Virus record (IMG/VR): IMGVR_UViG_3300025459_000001
Source of the DNA: an uncultured virus (IMG/VR IMGVR_UViG_3300025459_000001)
Lineage: Duplodnaviria > Heunggongvirae > Uroviricota > Caudoviricetes
DNA: 64,000 nt
Direction: 5' to 3' (one strand)
Every line of letters begins with the position of its first letter. The stretch's first letter is position 1. The position numbers and the translations under genes are program-made. The notes beneath the pieces are model-generated. The model was not told where the DNA came from. It ran no database searches and worked only from the letters and a program-made list of their open reading frames with translations. Below, one piece after another: positions 30,556 through 40,918 of the stretch.

Positions 30556-31016
30556 TAGAAATTACCGTCCGCAACTTGAAAGACCCGTAGGCCACGAGCG
30601 CGGTACATGTCCACTACTTGCTTACGATCCTCAAAGACTCCACCGATTTCAACTCCTCCTGGCCTGTCTTTAATGAGTTGGTCGAGCAACTCCGATTTCA
30701 CAACGGAATCTTCTCGGTGGTCCCCTTGCTTGCGCATGTACAGGCCGCTAAACTGGACATCGTGCTTCACAAGCCATGAAGTAGTCGCGGCCTCCACTTC
30801 GTCGCTTCGCCCCGATATGAGGACTATTCCGTATCCGGCATCCCATAGAATCCTGGCGACTCGGATCACTTCATCTATTGGCTTATCGTTGGGACAAGCC
30901 GCGAAGAAAGCGCGCCAATCTGCCGCGTTTGGTGTGTGGTCTGGCTTGCGAGTGATTAGGTGAAGGCGATGCGATAAATCCGCGAGGGTACCGTCAATGT
31001 CAAATATATAAATCAT
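30555..31016 (-). CDS. HAD phosphatase (T4 polynucleotide kinase 3'-phosphatase-like), stand-alone
   Basis: FDIDGTLA, SGR, K, FEDR..VVDM...GL.V.QV. Confidence 0.9.
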   Translation of the reverse strand: MIYIFDIDGTLADLSHRLHLITRKPDHTPNAADWRAFFAACPNDKPIDEVIRVARILWDAGYGIVLISGRSDEVEAATTSWLVKHDVQFSGLYMRKQGDHREDSVVKSELLDQLIKDRPGGVEIGGVFEDRKQVVDMYRARGLRVFQVADGNF

Positions 31017-33220
31017 CTCAGCCATCCTCCGGGAGGCTTGGCGTGATCCCACTTCTTCTTGAAGATCTCCATGTTCCGGTCGTACCTTCGACGAAACTCT
31101 TCTTGGTCATAATACGAGCGGAAGGTTTGGCCTTGAAGGTGTTGGGCTCTAACGGGTTTAACGGCGATTGTAAACCCGGCGATTCTGGCTCGCGCCAGAA
31201 AATCGTCATCGAGAAATCCGTATCCTCCGTTGAACTCCTCGTCATAAACGTATCCGCCGACAGCCTCGTAGACGTTTCTCGGGATGCACCACAGCGAGGT
31301 TTCCAGCTTCATCTGGCCAGTCAATACGAAGGTCTCAGGTGCCCACGAAGTAACCGTTTCTGGGACTGCCATTGTCTCCAGCCAATCGGGATCTTCGATC
31401 ATAACGTCATTGCACACGATGAAAATAAACTGCCCTTGCGCTTTTTCGAAGGCTAAATTGATGGCGGTGGCCTCTCCTTTCTGATCGGCAACGATGATCT
31501 CGATCCCTTCGGGGGAGTTCTGTTTGATTAACCCAAGGCTTCGGGCCGACATCTCCCTGACTTTACCTTCTGGATCGTAATCCACAAACACTACAGAGTA
31601 CTTCGGTCTGTCGTCCACTGCTACCACCCCTTCCCCACATACTGGGTCAAATCCATACTCGATTGGGTATCGGACAATTGCCTTCAAATGCGCTTCCCTC
31701 AGCCACGAGTCGATCACTTCAGGAGGACAGTGATGGTGCTCACCATATCCCGATGGTGCTATGGAGTCGTCTGGATTCGGATGCCGCGTGTCATTCGGAA
31801 CAGTGAAGACAATCCTGCCACCGGGTTTCAGCAGTTCCTTGAACTTCAAGAGTTGCTTGGGAACCGCGTCCGTGGGAAAGTGCTCCAGAATCTCTGTCGC
31901 GGCCACAACATCGAACGAATGCCGCTGAAACGGTCGGGGGAGGTCGCGGGCGTCTGAAATGATGTCCGCTGCGTTGGGTTTACAAAGGTGCTTGTCGAAC
32001 TCGTACTTGTCAAGATTAACGGCACCGATCTTCCGCATTTCTCCGCCATCGTCGCAACACCCTACATTCAGAATCTTCCCCTGACCCTTAGAGTGCTTGA
32101 GCGCAAAGATGAACTGTGCGCCGGTGTTTTTGTGATCCTCGACACCATACATCCATGTCTCGATGAAGTCGATGTACCGCTCCCAGTTGAAGGTAGATCT
32201 TGCCCACGGCATCATGTCGGCGCGGATCTGCTCTTGCAGTCCCACGTTGGACGCCAGCTTGTAAATCTCCCCAACATACCGGGCCTGCGTTAACGGATCT
32301 TCTGGATCACCAAAGATCCAGATTCCATGAAGGCAATAGTCTCCCGCTGCCCATGTTGGGGAAATGATCGGGATGGCACCCAGCGCCATTTCTTCGATAC
32401 CAGAAATAAACCCCGTTTCCGTAAACAGCGTCGGGTGAGCCGACATCCCACAGGACAATTTCTCCTGGTATAGCCGCTTCTGCCCGATCCTGCCCAGATG
32501 AGTGACCCCCGGTTGTTTCATCTCCCGCATGGCCTCATCGTAAATCAGCTTCCACTGATTGGTCGGCGGGTTCGAGGCGATGATCTTCTCCATGTTGTCG
32601 AACCCGTAGGCAATGACCAATTCAAGGTCATGCACCCACTGACGCGCTTTACGGAAGATCTTCAACAGGGGGAGGAGTCCGCGATCAGGAGAACTGGCAA
32701 AGATGATCTTCCTTGGATTTCTCGTGGGCACGCCTTCGGCCTCGATCTCCCGTATCAAGTCGTTTCGGATGCCATTGAACCCCTGGCACACCTTCTTGGC
32801 GTATTTGGGGTACTCTTTCATCGTGAAACTGGCATGAGTCGGGCAGAGAGCGATAAAGCGGTCTAATTTCTCCCACCGTTCCTCGGTAAGGTGGGGGTAG
32901 AACACATCTTGGCTAACCAATGACAAGACCTGTCCGGGATGCTCAAGGGGGAAATTATCGAGGACCTCTGGGCACCGAGACACGAACCACCATCCAGGCC
33001 GGGTGTAATCGGCCTCAGAAAGGGGTAGCCAGCGCGTCCCTAGCCACTCAGGGGGCGTATCCTGCCGCAGGGGGGCGTAGACCACCACCTCGTGCCCGCG
33101 CCTCGCCAAGCGCCTAGAAACCTCCACAACGGCGGTCTCCGAACCGCCTATTCCGGGGTCCTCAGGGTTGCGCATATCCCAAGGCTCGAAAGTGACGGGG
33201 CTGATGATCGTTACCTGCAT
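31013..33220 (-). CDS. multidomain glycosyltransferase: GT-B (GT4-like) + SAM methyltransferase + GT-A
   Basis: GIGGSETAV, SSPDRGL, ETGFISGIEEMALG; ILNVGC...FDVV..EILEH..LLKPGG; CNDV...YDEEF..GFLDDDF. Confidence 0.85.
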   Translation of the reverse strand: MQVTIISPVTFEPWDMRNPEDPGIGGSETAVVEVSRRLARRGHEVVVYAPLRQDTPPEWLGTRWLPLSEADYTRPGWWFVSRCPEVLDNFPLEHPGQVLSLVSQDVFYPHLTEERWEKLDRFIALCPTHASFTMKEYPKYAKKVCQGFNGIRNDLIREIEAEGVPTRNPRKIIFASSPDRGLLPLLKIFRKARQWVHDLELVIAYGFDNMEKIIASNPPTNQWKLIYDEAMREMKQPGVTHLGRIGQKRLYQEKLSCGMSAHPTLFTETGFISGIEEMALGAIPIISPTWAAGDYCLHGIWIFGDPEDPLTQARYVGEIYKLASNVGLQEQIRADMMPWARSTFNWERYIDFIETWMYGVEDHKNTGAQFIFALKHSKGQGKILNVGCCDDGGEMRKIGAVNLDKYEFDKHLCKPNAADIISDARDLPRPFQRHSFDVVAATEILEHFPTDAVPKQLLKFKELLKPGGRIVFTVPNDTRHPNPDDSIAPSGYGEHHHCPPEVIDSWLREAHLKAIVRYPIEYGFDPVCGEGVVAVDDRPKYSVVFVDYDPEGKVREMSARSLGLIKQNSPEGIEIIVADQKGEATAINLAFEKAQGQFIFIVCNDVMIEDPDWLETMAVPETVTSWAPETFVLTGQMKLETSLWCIPRNVYEAVGGYVYDEEFNGGYGFLDDDFLARARIAGFTIAVKPVRAQHLQGQTFRSYYDQEEFRRRYDRNMEIFKKKWDHAKPPGGWLR

Positions 33221-33508
33221 CTAAAGGTACTCCGCAGCGGTCGGCTGCACGGTTATCATTTTGACGGGCTGGAGTTTCTGGTGGAAAGTCATCTGCTGAA
33301 GCCAGAGGTTGCCGGAAAATAGAACATCGAAACGTTCTTTCCATGTGAACCTCCACCGGGTGGTCACTACCCCATCTGGCCTAGAACTGATGATCGACGG
33401 AAGGGGCAAGTACTCAGGTTGGTCCTTGGCGATGACTGTCTCGTTGTACATCTTGGCGTCTGCCATCGACGGGTGACGCAACAAAACTGGTGAACACGGG
33501 TATGGCAT
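33221..33508 (-). CDS. conserved phage hypothetical protein
   Basis: AKDQPEYLPLP...RW..TWKER...LWL.......QP pattern; RBS GGAGG. Confidence 0.65.
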   Translation of the reverse strand: MPYPCSPVLLRHPSMADAKMYNETVIAKDQPEYLPLPSIISSRPDGVVTTRWRFTWKERFDVLFSGNLWLQQMTFHQKLQPVKMITVQPTAAEYL

Positions 33509-33550
33509 CTAATTTCCTCCTGTGTGCCCCGAGAATAAGCACTCGTGGGA

Positions 33551-33889
33551 CTACTTCTCCATTTGATTCGGCGTAGTGAGAGGTTTCACAACCCCCTTGG
33601 GAGCTTCGGGTGGCCTGACCAACTCCAACTTGTCGGTCAGCGTGCAGTTCTCGCATTTAGCCGCTTTCCGTGCAGCGGTCGCCGCTTGATCGAAGGCCGA
33701 TTGCGCCACTTCGTGTTGCTTGTACAGGCCGTTGAACTGAATCTGGATTTGCGCCATCTGGTTCTCGATGGTCAATAAAGTGATCTTGGCGTCCTGAAGC
33801 TTCACTTTTTCCGCATCGGGAATCTTGGGCTGTTCTTGGGATTGAGCAAAAGCGAGGGAAGCCAGCAGAGAGAGAAGGACCGTTTTCAT
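33551..33889 (-). CDS. signal-peptide coiled-coil protein
   Basis: MKTVLLSLLASLAFA-Q; heptad-rich; C-terminal CENC; own promoter TTGACT-17-TATACT (33897-33925). Confidence 0.7.
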   Translation of the reverse strand: MKTVLLSLLASLAFAQSQEQPKIPDAEKVKLQDAKITLLTIENQMAQIQIQFNGLYKQHEVAQSAFDQAATAARKAAKCENCTLTDKLELVRPPEAPKGVVKPLTTPNQMEK

Positions 33890-34191
33890 GACTCTGAGTA
33901 TAGGGATTTACGTTGGTAGAGTCAAGAGACTTTCTCCGGCATATCCCAGATCAAGCGTGTACTGCGGCAACCAGTAGCAGGCGCTTCCCGGCTCAATCAC
34001 TCGATAACCTTATGGCGGATCGCGGTGGCCACCGCCGGATGCGCCGGGTGAGCAGTACGTGCTGCTGCGAATCGGTGACCAATTATTCCGCGTGTGCGTC
34101 AGCGTAACTGCCGAGGAAATTGAGGGGGACGCCCGCCTTCTTGCAATCCGCCAACCCGCCCCCGGACCCGACAGAAAAGCCTAGTTCTGTC

Positions 34192-35793
34192 TTAGTGAAA
34201 CGCCGTAATCAGCATACCTAGCGATTGACTCGGATTGACAACAAAATTGAAGCTTAGTTGTGTCTGCGCTGTGTCAAAGAAGTGGAGGCCGACATCGCCA
34301 TTTGTGAGTCCACTCGAATCACCGCCGCAAACCCCGGCAGTCGTGACGGAACAAGCGTTGATGGCGGTTGGGCACGGGAAATCGTCCACTACACCGGTCG
34401 GACCTGAGACAGACAGAACAGGCCCCGTTCCCATTGTGCCAGTACCAATCAATAAATCATTGGTTTCGCCTGGAGTTATCAGTGGCACCCCGGATATCGA
34501 GGCACCCGTGGATGGAGTGCTGCCCGCTGTCGTGTCCTTAAAGACAGATGAGGATGTGATTTGAGTACTGCCAGAGCCAGCCGTTGCTGCCGTGTCGAGA
34601 GAGGTAGCTGTGGTGCAGTAATAAGTCAGAAGGTCGTTGCCTCCGCCAGCGCTGACGGCACTAATCGTATAGGTATTGGGGTTTGAGATCGTGACGCTGT
34701 GGTACCAGACCGTCCCACTTCCACCACCATTTGACACGCTGGAAAAATTATTACTGAGACTATCCGAGACACTTGTCACGTAAGAAGCATCGTCGGTGAC
34801 AACCACCATGGTTGTATTTGTGGGACACGGAATGTTTTGCACATATGTAGCCGCCACATTAGACATATTCTGCGAGGATGCGAGCACCTGTGCCCCAGAT
34901 CCAGTCGGGGCCGACCCTCCCGAACCGGGCTTGAACGCAGCAGCCATGATAGTGAATGAATCATGGGTTGTTTGAGAGATTGTGACCGCGGGAGTAAAGC
35001 TCGTCGCCGTGGCTATGCAATACATCTCCAGATGACCGGCAAATGTATTCTCATCCAATAGAGTGCAGCCGGAGGGTATCGTGATCGCGCCCCAGGCGTT
35101 GCCCTGCTGTATCGTGTTGTTTTCGCTCTCATCATCCACTTCGATATAGACAAGATCGCCCACCACCACGGTGATCCCTGTGCCGGAAATGTTCGGAGCC
35201 GTGTTATTGGTTGGAACTACAGCAGTCTTGCAGGAACTAGTTCGCAGGGCACCCGTCGTAGCAATATTATAGAAACTTCCAAGGCCGAAATAAAAATCTC
35301 CTGTTTTATGCCCCCACGTCACGGTTACTTGTGTTGGGGTGGTGGTTGCAGGGGGGACGAAATTCATCGCGTAGTAGATGTTATGATCTGCTCCATTTGG
35401 AATCGCAATCCCAGCGTCCTTGCAACCTGAACCGACCGTGAAAGTTGAGTTCCACGTATTCCCGCTTCCGCTGTTGCCATTGTCCGTCAGAGTTGGCGTG
35501 CAGGGTGACGCGCACGTTTGGACATATCCATTGCCGGTAGTGGGATTGTTGGGCCATTCCCCCGAGACGATTACGAGGGAGCCGGTGGTCACGCCGTTGG
35601 GCCAAGCGGTCGGGTCTAGCGTAAAAATAGGAGCGTTCATACCAGTGGTTGTTGAACGCGTGATTACATTCTTGCCGAAAAATTGGGTCAACGACGGAGT
35701 ACCACCTGAAGCATGGGAGCCCATCGTCCCTGGACCCGGCATTGGAATCTGATGCCAGGACAGCGAGAGGAGAACAAGAGAAAGTAAAATCAT
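34192..35793 (-). CDS. Ser/Thr/Gly-rich beta-rich protein with hydrophobic leader
   Basis: 533 aa; MILLSLVLLSLSW; overlaps the upstream stop codon. Confidence 0.7.
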   Translation of the reverse strand: MILLSLVLLSLSWHQIPMPGPGTMGSHASGGTPSLTQFFGKNVITRSTTTGMNAPIFTLDPTAWPNGVTTGSLVIVSGEWPNNPTTGNGYVQTCASPCTPTLTDNGNSGSGNTWNSTFTVGSGCKDAGIAIPNGADHNIYYAMNFVPPATTTPTQVTVTWGHKTGDFYFGLGSFYNIATTGALRTSSCKTAVVPTNNTAPNISGTGITVVVGDLVYIEVDDESENNTIQQGNAWGAITIPSGCTLLDENTFAGHLEMYCIATATSFTPAVTISQTTHDSFTIMAAAFKPGSGGSAPTGSGAQVLASSQNMSNVAATYVQNIPCPTNTTMVVVTDDASYVTSVSDSLSNNFSSVSNGGGSGTVWYHSVTISNPNTYTISAVSAGGGNDLLTYYCTTATSLDTAATAGSGSTQITSSSVFKDTTAGSTPSTGASISGVPLITPGETNDLLIGTGTMGTGPVLSVSGPTGVVDDFPCPTAINACSVTTAGVCGGDSSGLTNGDVGLHFFDTAQTQLSFNFVVNPSQSLGMLITAFH

Positions 35794-38700
35794 CGCTCCA
35801 CCCTCCAGTTTACCTCAGCCCCGCTTGCCACGGTTAAAGATCCAGTGGACCAGTTGCAGACTTGGAAGTTCACGTTGTTTGTCGTTGGATAAGCAGTGAT
35901 TGCTAAGCCACCCGTAGTAGCTGGAGTGAATCCGGTGACCGCTCCCCACGCCGCATTCGGGGTGAACGAGATAACATCAGTTGAGGCCACTCCAGATGCC
36001 GAGATGGTCAAAGTAGCACAACTTGTGCTAGTAATCGCCCCTAGACTATTCAATGATCCAGTCGAGGATGATGCAGTCGTACCCGTGGCAATAGTTTGGG
36101 GAATGTTGTACGCAGTACCACCTGCAAGGGCGAGGGTAGCGGCTCCAGATACTCCTGCCGTTCCCGAGCCACTCTTGGCACCGCCCGCTCCAGTGACCAA
36201 CGCGATATTCCCTCCCGCGCCACCAGAATCATTACCCGCCCCGCCTGCCCCGCCAGTGCCCGAGGTGATAGTGATTGTCCCACCAGCACCTCCCACTGTG
36301 GAGGTGGTGCCCGAGCCGGTCGCTGCACCTCCTGTACCGCCTGCGATGGCCGGAGAACTACCAACGCCTCCAGTGTTGGTCCCAGTTGACGAGGTAGCAC
36401 CGCCCGCCACGCCACTGATATTGAAGAGGGTTGTGGCTGTCGTACCGTTGCCGCCTGCGCTGGCTGGAGCTGTTCCTGCTAGTGTCAACCCAGAACTGGA
36501 AGTAATAGGATACGTGAAGGTAGCGTCGGCGGTGGGGTTGGCCAAGCCAGATGTTGACTTATCGAGCGTGATTGCAGGTAGATCACCGGAGGCAATGGTT
36601 CCCCATACTGGCGCTGCACTGACCGTCCCGTTGCCCGTCTGGACTAGGAAGTTTTTAGTACTGGTGGTGTTGCCCGCCAGACGGGTGGGCGCTGGAGTAG
36701 AGTTCTCATAAATCAAATCTCCGAGGGTGTTCATCGGGTTAGTGAGAATGTTCGACCATGAGGTTGTGCCTGATCCATTGGTGGTGAGGGAGTACCCATT
36801 TGTGCCCCCGGTGGGCGGCAGGGTGAAAGTGTAGTTGGCTGTTGCCGCGCTAGCTAGGATTGTGTGGAAGGCGGCACTGGGGTTAGCCAGTTGGAGAGTG
36901 CCGCCCACGCTGTTGTCCACGCCCAGAGTTACAGCCGCCGTCCAGGAGGATGCGGAGGTGCTGGAAGCGTTGGGAACAGTTCCCGCCGCAGCGGAGGTGG
37001 CGTTCGTGCCACCCTGAGCGATGGTCACATTCGCTTCACTACCAACCGCGTAAGTCGAACCGGCAAAGGTCGCTATTCCAGCACTAGGTTGGCTAGTAGC
37101 ATACACCAATCCACTAGCAACGATTGGACCTATTACAGTAATACTGCTAGCAGGAGCGGCAAAGTTTAGCGTAGTAGTGTTAGTCGTGCCCAACACTAAC
37201 TGGTTTGTAGCAGCCGTAATAGTCTGAGCAGCAGTAAACGTATTAGCTCCCAGCGTGGCAAGAGTACTTGTAACGTTAGGAGCAGTAACAGTCACTGCTC
37301 CAGAACTAGTGGGGAACGACAAAGTGGTCAGATTAGAACCAGCACCAAATATCAACTGGTTAGACGTAGGGGAGAAAGTCTGTGCGGTACTCCAGGTATT
37401 TGCTTGCCCGATACCAGGAATAGTTTGAGAAGTCGTTGGCATGGTAAAGGTTGCTGTACCACCCAACGCAAACGTAGCGGTATAGGCTCCTGTCTCTGTT
37501 ATACCGCCGCCACTTGCGATAGACAATCCAGTAACCGTAGTAGCCGCAATCGCTCCAGTACCAATCACTGCCAACGCACCAGCGGAACTCATTTGTACCC
37601 CGTTACCGTTGCTGTCGAACCGGACGGGGTGTGCCGCTGATCCAGACGCCGTACTAACTCGAAAGATATTACCAGTACCTGTGTTACTGGCCGTATCCGT
37701 CAACTCAAATAAATCTATAGCAGATCCAGTCGTAGAATTGTAGGTAAGAGTGGTAGTGTCGGCCGCCATTGTAAGCGATAGATTGCCAGTTGGATTTCCA
37801 ATAGAACTCCAGCCTGGACTACCTCCCGATGGACAGGTCTGGAAAGATGGGGTAGTAGTCCCATAGCTAGTTGCACCAGACATCAAACATTGTCCATTAC
37901 CTGTGGGAGTTACCCATGTTGGATTTGTTGCACCAGACATCAACGCACTATACGCGGTCGTTGCTAACCCGGCAAGTGCTGTTGGGGATGATCCATATAC
38001 AAGATATCCTGCGGTCATTGACGTTGGGTAGGCAATGGTTGAGAAGATTGGATTCGCCGCTCCCTGTCCAATGAGAGGCATATTAGATGCCCCCTGTGCC
38101 GTGGACACCGGGGATGACCCAGAAGCTCCGGCAAGCACCACCCCGTATTGCGTGAGGAGACTTCCGCAAGATATAGCTGTCGAGGTCGATCCGTAAAGAA
38201 TGCCGCCCTGCGTACAGGAGCTTGGGTGAGAAACCGTAGAGTACGCCGGAGTTGCAGATGCCCCTTGGCCGACCAACGGCATATTTAGCGCTCCTGCTGC
38301 AAGCCTTGCCGCCGCTCCCGACGAACCACCAACAAATAAGTCCCCGGTCGTCGTTAAGGGGTAATTCGTGAGTGATGCGATGGCTGGAACGTAGGAAGCC
38401 GTAAGCGCTGTCCCATTCCATACTCCAGAGCTAATCGTACCAACCGATGTCAAGCTTGATCCAGTGCCACAAATCCCAGTCTGCGGGTTTAATAGTTCCC
38501 AGTAAGTTCCATCATAAGTGGCAATGGCGACAGCGGTTGTCAATATATCGTTGGCAACCAAAGCGCTCTGCCCGCACTTGGTAATCGTCGGAGAGCTAAG
38601 GCCGTTGACCGTTAAGGTGGGAGCGGCGGCGGTATTAGCTGCCGTAGCCTTCCACATCACCGTTAATCCAGCGACCATTAATGTAGCTGGCGGAGCCAAC

Positions 38701-39863
38701 GTCACGGTTTGCGCCTGAGCGGTCCCGCCACCCGCAGCGTACTCTGTTGAATCCAAGTCAGCCCAGCTTTTATATGAACCAACCGCTGAAGATCCGCCAC
38801 TCGCCAACATCTGGTTAGCCGTGCCCGCCGTGCCTGATTGCACTGCCCCAGTCGAAGTCGTGCCTCCGAACAGAGGCGCATAGGCCGTCAGGGATGTCGC
38901 TCCCGTACCTCCACCAGCGACAAGAGCCGTACCAAAAGAAGGGGTCGTTGAAGACCCGCCAGAGACTAAAGGAACTCCGCTGGTTCCGCTGGTAGCAATC
39001 CAAGTAGGGTTCGTCGCTCCAGCCCCAAGAACCCCATAGGCCGTAGTGGCTAAGTTGGCGAGTGCTGTAGCGCTCGACCCATAAACGAGTCCCCCTGCGG
39101 TCATTGCAGTTGGATACGCGATCGAAGAAAAGACCGGATTCGCCGCGCCTTGGCCTATTAGCGGCATGTTAGATGCCCCCTGTGCACTAGCTGTGGGAGA
39201 TGACCCAGCACCACCACCAAATAACACCCCGTATTGAGTTAATGCCGCTGAACTAGCCCAGGAAGATGCACTGCTGAAATAAGGGATACCTCCGTTGTTG
39301 CCTGCTACAGTCAACGCAGGAGTGGTCGTTGCTGAACCAACCGAGATCAATCCGCCCGTAAAGCTTACACTAGTGACGGTCCCGTTTATTGCCGAGGTCG
39401 TTAATAGATCCCCGTTCACATCATGAAATTGCCAGCCCGCTGCCGTGCTCATAATCGCCGAGGTGTTCGCAGCCATCGTCATTGGCGCTAGAATCTCGTA
39501 TGCGGCGGTTGTGCCATTTACGTAGAGCGTGACAGATGACACTGAAGAACCACTCGCATTTACCAACTCGATTGAAGTTATATAGGTGTTCACGGTGGAT
39601 GTGCCCGTATAAAGAGCGCTCCCGGTAGATGTCGGCAGTTGGCCTTGGGCTAACACGCCGGGAGTTGTTATGTATGGGGCCGACGTGCTCACAGTGGTGC
39701 CAAAGATGGTGTAGGTGACCGCACTTGCGGTCCCCGCAGATCCATAGATTGTGCCGCTAGGTGCCAGCGTGAATAGTTCATTGTATGGCACGCCGACCGT
39801 CGAGATTGGCTGTTGCGCCAACGCTGGCAAGCACAATACGAGGATAGGCAGGAACTTCCTCAT
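35790..39863 (-). CDS. long fibre-like Ser/Thr/Gly/Ala-rich protein with signal peptide
   Basis: 1357 aa; MRKFLPILVLCLPALA-QQP; fibre motifs VAGGGTGATSLT, IAQGGTNAT, GTVTSV; internal repeats. Confidence 0.75.
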   Translation of the reverse strand: MRKFLPILVLCLPALAQQPISTVGVPYNELFTLAPSGTIYGSAGTASAVTYTIFGTTVSTSAPYITTPGVLAQGQLPTSTGSALYTGTSTVNTYITSIELVNASGSSVSSVTLYVNGTTAAYEILAPMTMAANTSAIMSTAAGWQFHDVNGDLLTTSAINGTVTSVSFTGGLISVGSATTTPALTVAGNNGGIPYFSSASSWASSAALTQYGVLFGGGAGSSPTASAQGASNMPLIGQGAANPVFSSIAYPTAMTAGGLVYGSSATALANLATTAYGVLGAGATNPTWIATSGTSGVPLVSGGSSTTPSFGTALVAGGGTGATSLTAYAPLFGGTTSTGAVQSGTAGTANQMLASGGSSAVGSYKSWADLDSTEYAAGGGTAQAQTVTLAPPATLMVAGLTVMWKATAANTAAAPTLTVNGLSSPTITKCGQSALVANDILTTAVAIATYDGTYWELLNPQTGICGTGSSLTSVGTISSGVWNGTALTASYVPAIASLTNYPLTTTGDLFVGGSSGAAARLAAGALNMPLVGQGASATPAYSTVSHPSSCTQGGILYGSTSTAISCGSLLTQYGVVLAGASGSSPVSTAQGASNMPLIGQGAANPIFSTIAYPTSMTAGYLVYGSSPTALAGLATTAYSALMSGATNPTWVTPTGNGQCLMSGATSYGTTTPSFQTCPSGGSPGWSSIGNPTGNLSLTMAADTTTLTYNSTTGSAIDLFELTDTASNTGTGNIFRVSTASGSAAHPVRFDSNGNGVQMSSAGALAVIGTGAIAATTVTGLSIASGGGITETGAYTATFALGGTATFTMPTTSQTIPGIGQANTWSTAQTFSPTSNQLIFGAGSNLTTLSFPTSSGAVTVTAPNVTSTLATLGANTFTAAQTITAATNQLVLGTTNTTTLNFAAPASSITVIGPIVASGLVYATSQPSAGIATFAGSTYAVGSEANVTIAQGGTNATSAAAGTVPNASSTSASSWTAAVTLGVDNSVGGTLQLANPSAAFHTILASAATANYTFTLPPTGGTNGYSLTTNGSGTTSWSNILTNPMNTLGDLIYENSTPAPTRLAGNTTSTKNFLVQTGNGTVSAAPVWGTIASGDLPAITLDKSTSGLANPTADATFTYPITSSSGLTLAGTAPASAGGNGTTATTLFNISGVAGGATSSTGTNTGGVGSSPAIAGGTGGAATGSGTTSTVGGAGGTITITSGTGGAGGAGNDSGGAGGNIALVTGAGGAKSGSGTAGVSGAATLALAGGTAYNIPQTIATGTTASSSTGSLNSLGAITSTSCATLTISASGVASTDVISFTPNAAWGAVTGFTPATTGGLAITAYPTTNNVNFQVCNWSTGSLTVASGAEVNWRVER

Positions 39864-39864
39864 A

Positions 39865-40479
39865 TTACTGGTAGTACGCCGTCAAAGACATTGTAGTGCA
39901 ACCAGTTGTGGTTGACCCAGCATCCGCAGTAGCCGCCGCAAAGCCAATGCCGCTAGTAAAATTCTCCAGCGCAAGCTGTCCAGGCGCAATGGTAAGCCCA
40001 AGTCCAGCCTGTACCATATAGGAATCCACTACTCCCGTTCCAATGCTCGGCACGCCAGAGTTGTTATAAAACTGAAGGAAACACGTCACGGTGCCATAGT
40101 TGCTTGCGGAAAATCCGTAGAGGTTCCCGGCACTGCCCTTAATGTTTAAGGCCGTTCCCGTGTAGGTATGGTGATACATAGTGAAAGCATACGTGGCCGA
40201 GGTGCTGGGAGTAGTCGGTGAAACCGACAGGGCATTCGTCACGTAGGCATTCACCCCGATGACATTACCTGACGGGGCCGACCCATAAGCGGTAGGAGTG
40301 GCTGTAATTGAAGAGCCTCCTTCTTGTGATAAATTGACGCTCACGGGAATCATACTGGAGATGCCTTGCACGGTGATTACTCCAGGCGCAGCAGTGCCCG
40401 CCGTCCCAGATCCAGTTACGGGTTGCTGCGCCAAGGAGACACCGGCACAGAGAGTGAGTGCCGCGAATAATTTTCTCAT
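39865..40479 (-). CDS. signal-peptide protein with C-terminal beta-sandwich (decoration-like)
   Basis: MRKLFAALTLCAGVSLA-QQP; IKGSAGNLYG...FLQFYN...FTSGI. Confidence 0.7.
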   Translation of the reverse strand: MRKLFAALTLCAGVSLAQQPVTGSGTAGTAAPGVITVQGISSMIPVSVNLSQEGGSSITATPTAYGSAPSGNVIGVNAYVTNALSVSPTTPSTSATYAFTMYHHTYTGTALNIKGSAGNLYGFSASNYGTVTCFLQFYNNSGVPSIGTGVVDSYMVQAGLGLTIAPGQLALENFTSGIGFAAATADAGSTTTGCTTMSLTAYYQ

Positions 40480-40790
40480 TTCTGTTTCCTTTCAATCCAT
40501 TCGAAGTCGTCGTTAATGTCCCAGTGCTTTTCATCGGCGCGGCAGAGTTCACGTACTTGTTTTCGCCAAACCTCAATCTTTTCGTTAAGCTCCTTCAGTT
40601 CTTTTTCGGCTTCCTTTTGGTCTATCTGGGCTTGGAGGATTTGATTCCTGTCCGTCATGACACGCTGGAGGGCTACGTAAGCCTTCCTAGTAAGTTGTAG
40701 CACTTCCACTTTTTGCGCGTCCGTCACGGGGGCTGGCTTCTCATCGGAGAATGCCACCAGCGAGGCGAGCAGGAGGATAAGCGTTCTCAT
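40476..40790 (-). CDS. signal-peptide coiled-coil protein
   Basis: MRTLILLLASLVAFS-D; heptad-rich; similar architecture to 33551-33889. Confidence 0.7.
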   Translation of the reverse strand: MRTLILLLASLVAFSDEKPAPVTDAQKVEVLQLTRKAYVALQRVMTDRNQILQAQIDQKEAEKELKELNEKIEVWRKQVRELCRADEKHWDINDDFEWIERKQK

Positions 40791-40918
40791 AGGCTATCTA
40801 GATGCCTCTTGTGGATACGGCGGCGGTCGGCGTAATTACGTATCGCCCGAGTCCACCGGCCAATCGGCTCTAACGCAATCAAGATCGCGCAAGCCATAAT
40901 GACATCTACCTGCCACAT

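Noticed and set aside
33890..34190. Possible ncRNA or + strand gene in the intergenic gap
   Set aside because: No convincing start/RBS or recognisable RNA family.
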